A stretch of DNA of 9,742 nucleotides from a virus. Lineage: Duplodnaviria > Heunggongvirae > Uroviricota > Caudoviricetes. Where the stretch lies: positions 1 through 9,742 of the IMG/VR virus record IMGVR_UViG_2695420382_000009. One strand, given 5' to 3'. Shown piece by piece: positions 7,964 through 9,742 of the stretch (positions are counted from its first letter, which is position 1; each line of letters starts with the position of its first letter). The notes below the pieces were generated by a model. The model saw only the letters and a program-made list of their open reading frames with translations. It did no database searches and was not told the origin of the DNA. The position numbers and the translations under genes are program-made.

Positions 7964-8649
7964 TCAGAATTTATAACCGACACCCACGATGAAACCGTCA
8001 GTGCGCCAGAGACGTGTTGCTGTGGCGACCGTCATCACTTCCGGTCAGCACATCGTGCGTTTTCCCCTTATTGTCAGTTACGCGGATATAATCCCCGGAA
8101 AAAGTCGACACACGGCTGTAAGCCACACCCGCCATCGCATACGCGCTGAACCATTCATTCACGCGCACAGACGGCCCCGCCATCACGCTGAACCAGCGGT
8201 TACGCACGGAATCTTCATGCCAGCGGGTATCGCTGTAGTGCGTTTTTTGCTCATCCTCAGCATTGGCATAACTGAAGGACGTAANNNNNNNNNNNNNNNN
8301 NNNNNNNNNNNNCGCTGAACCATTCATTCACGCGCACAGACGGCCCCGCCATCACGCTGAACCAGCGGTTACGCACGGAATCTTCATGCCAGCGGGTATC
8401 GCTGTAACGGGTCAGCTGGCGATTCTTGTCTCCTGCATAGCTGAATGACGTCACCAGCCCCAGCGTATCCGTAAACTCATAACGGTATTTCACGTTAATC
8501 CCGTTCAGATCATCACTGCCGGGAACGTTGGTCCGGGCATGAAGATACCCCGCGCTCAGCGTGGACTGATGTTCAGACGCCCATGCAGGCGCACCGGATA
8601 CGGCCAGGCAAATGGCTGCGGACAAAATGGCTGCACAAACTTTACGCAT
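7964..8649 (-). pseudogene. lom: lom (Ail/Lom-family outer-membrane protein), disrupted by the 28-N gap, a 94-bp duplication across the gap and an about 83-bp frameshifting deletion near the 3' end
   Basis: ATG at 8647-8649 with GAGAGGT Shine-Dalgarno. MRKVCAAILSAAICLAVSGAPAWA signal peptide, then SEHQSTLSAGYLHARTNVPGSDDLNGINVKYRYEFTDTLGLVTSFSYAGDKNRQLTRYSDTRWHEDSVRNRW.... Sequence 8144..8237 is repeated at 8313..8406 on either side of the gap. The reading frame ends ...SNTSLAH with a stop at 7998-8000, while the remaining homology (RTDGFIVGVGYKF, stop at 7964-7966) is in another frame. Confidence 0.7.
8285..8312. other. Assembly gap (28 N) inside lom
   Basis: Run of n characters. It is flanked by a duplicated 94-bp lom segment, and the lom sequences on either side of that segment are different alleles. 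Confidence 0.99.
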
Positions 8650-8673
8650 AATTACCTCTCGCTTTTCTGCAAT

Positions 8674-8697
8674 AAAAAAGGCGTCATTCCTGACGCC
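8674..8697 (-). terminator. Rho-independent terminator between J and lom (minus strand)
   Basis: On the minus strand, a 7-bp stem GGCGTCA/TGACGCC (8680-8686 with 8691-8697), 4-nt loop, then a U-run (plus-strand AAAAAA at 8674-8679). About 23 nt after the J stop and about 25 nt before the lom start codon. Confidence 0.6.
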
Positions 8698-8719
8698 ATT
8701 TATTGGGGTTATAAATATT

Positions 8720-9742
8720 TCAACGAATACTGATGCCGGAAGCCGCTTTTTTGGTCACAATCACCGTACAGTCGGTGATATTGCCTGCCCCCTGATTGCC
8801 TTTCTGGAAAATCTTAAACTCCAGAGTGACGCTACCACCACCACTAGGCATATCAATAACTGCACTGTAACTACCGGGAATGGCACCTTTAGTTTCTCTG
8901 GATGCGATTAATACGCCGTTTTTGCGAACTTCAAAACCATAACCCGTGTATCGCGTGCCTCCTGGGTTATTTCCGCTCCCCGGATCGTCATACGCTATAC
9001 CGTTAAAAATAATGGGCGGAATAATAATCTGGCGGTCAAAGTTATGATCATCGCTTATGGTGACTGTAACCGTCCCGTTTGGTGTTTCCGTGTTACCCCA
9101 CGTACCAGCCTGTTTCGGAAATGATTTGGATACAGCTTTAACGAAGTCACCTCTGACCTGAGTCGCCTCCAGCATGCCCTTAATCGTACAGTTTTCATTT
9201 ACCGTGACATTGTTGAGCGTCCCGGCGTTCGCATTCACACTGCCACTGATATCCGCATTTTTAGCGGTCAGCTTTCCGTCCGGAGTCAGGGAAAATGCCG
9301 ATGGATTTCCACCGCTGGTAATGGTGGGGGCCGTCAGGCGTTTCAGGAACACGTCGTTCATGAATATCTGATCGCCCTGACCAACAAACATCGGTTTTGT
9401 GTTGCCATTCGCAGGATTAACCATCGCAATCCTGTCCGCCGCCAGCAGCACCTGACTCTGCATGCCGTCAGGGGTGTTCTCAATACCGGCACCAATACCC
9501 GCGATATAAAGGCGTCCGTCCTGCATCTGCTGCAGCTTCACAGCCCACATGCTGTTCAGGTTATTATTTGTATCAACCTGAACCTTCTGTATCTGCTGAA
9601 TTGCCGCACTCTGGTCTTCCAGTTTCTTATTGACGGTCTGCGTGATTTCATTGCTGACATCCGTAATGGACGTCCTGATTTCAGCCAGGTCAGGCGCAAG
9701 CTGACCGTTATCAATCTGCGTCCACAGCTCCTGAGCCAGATG
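8720..9742 (-). CDS. J: Host specificity / tail tip fibre protein J, C-terminal 340 codons (partial; 5' end lies beyond the window)
   Basis: The frame is open from 9742 to the TGA at 8720-8722. It encodes HLAQELWTQIDNGQLAPDLAEIRTSITDVSNEITQTVNKKLEDQSAAIQQIQKVQVDTNNNLNSMWAVKLQQMQDGRLYIAGIGAGIENTPDGMQSQVLLAADRIAMVNPANGNTKPMFVGQGDQIFMNDVFLKRLTAPTITSGGNP..., matching lambda J as I recall it. The track ORF 8720..9550 is only the part after an internal Met. Confidence 0.9.
   Translation of the reverse strand, partial: HLAQELWTQIDNGQLAPDLAEIRTSITDVSNEITQTVNKKLEDQSAAIQQIQKVQVDTNNNLNSMWAVKLQQMQDGRLYIAGIGAGIENTPDGMQSQVLLAADRIAMVNPANGNTKPMFVGQGDQIFMNDVFLKRLTAPTITSGGNPSAFSLTPDGKLTAKNADISGSVNANAGTLNNVTVNENCTIKGMLEATQVRGDFVKAVSKSFPKQAGTWGNTETPNGTVTVTISDDHNFDRQIIIPPIIFNGIAYDDPGSGNNPGGTRYTGYGFEVRKNGVLIASRETKGAIPGSYSAVIDMPSGGGSVTLEFKIFQKGNQGAGNITDCTVIVTKKAASGISIR

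Noticed and set aside
7989-8911. Plus-strand ORFs 7989..8318, 8539..8733 and 8612..8911, and minus-strand 7998..8327
   Set aside because: These are antisense to, or fragments of, lom and the J 3' end. The 7998..8327 ORF is just the part of lom between the gap and the frameshift.
9174-9371. 65-aa plus-strand ORF inside J
   Set aside because: Antisense to the strongly supported J coding sequence.

Overview
Lambdoid (lambda/Rac-like) prophage tail-tip and tail-fibre region, as found in Escherichia/Shigella prophages, with every gene on the minus strand: the 3' part of host-specificity gene J, lom (Ail/Lom outer-membrane protein) flanked by intrinsic terminators, side-tail-fibre genes (stf), tail-fibre-assembly genes (tfa), then about 630 bp of AT-rich non-coding DNA. 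The window is not a clean contiguous locus. It has a 28-N gap (8285-8312) and two single n bases (3411, 6838), and at each one the sequence switches abruptly between unrelated genes (lom/stf, stf/tfa-like), with exact or near-exact repeats shared between blocks. The most parsimonious reading is four contig-like blocks from at least two similar prophage tail-fibre modules joined at repeats, so the 'fusion' ORFs in the six-frame track (1211..3607 and 6481..7905) are junction artefacts, not real proteins. I find no defence system, CRISPR array, RNA gene, integrase or transposase, and no previously undescribed system that I can support. The points worth a second look are host-range mosaicism (two different fibre C-termini paired with two different chaperone types), a damaged lom copy, and a small terminator-bounded unit in the AT-rich region. 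All homology calls are from memory of protein families and need a database search to confirm.
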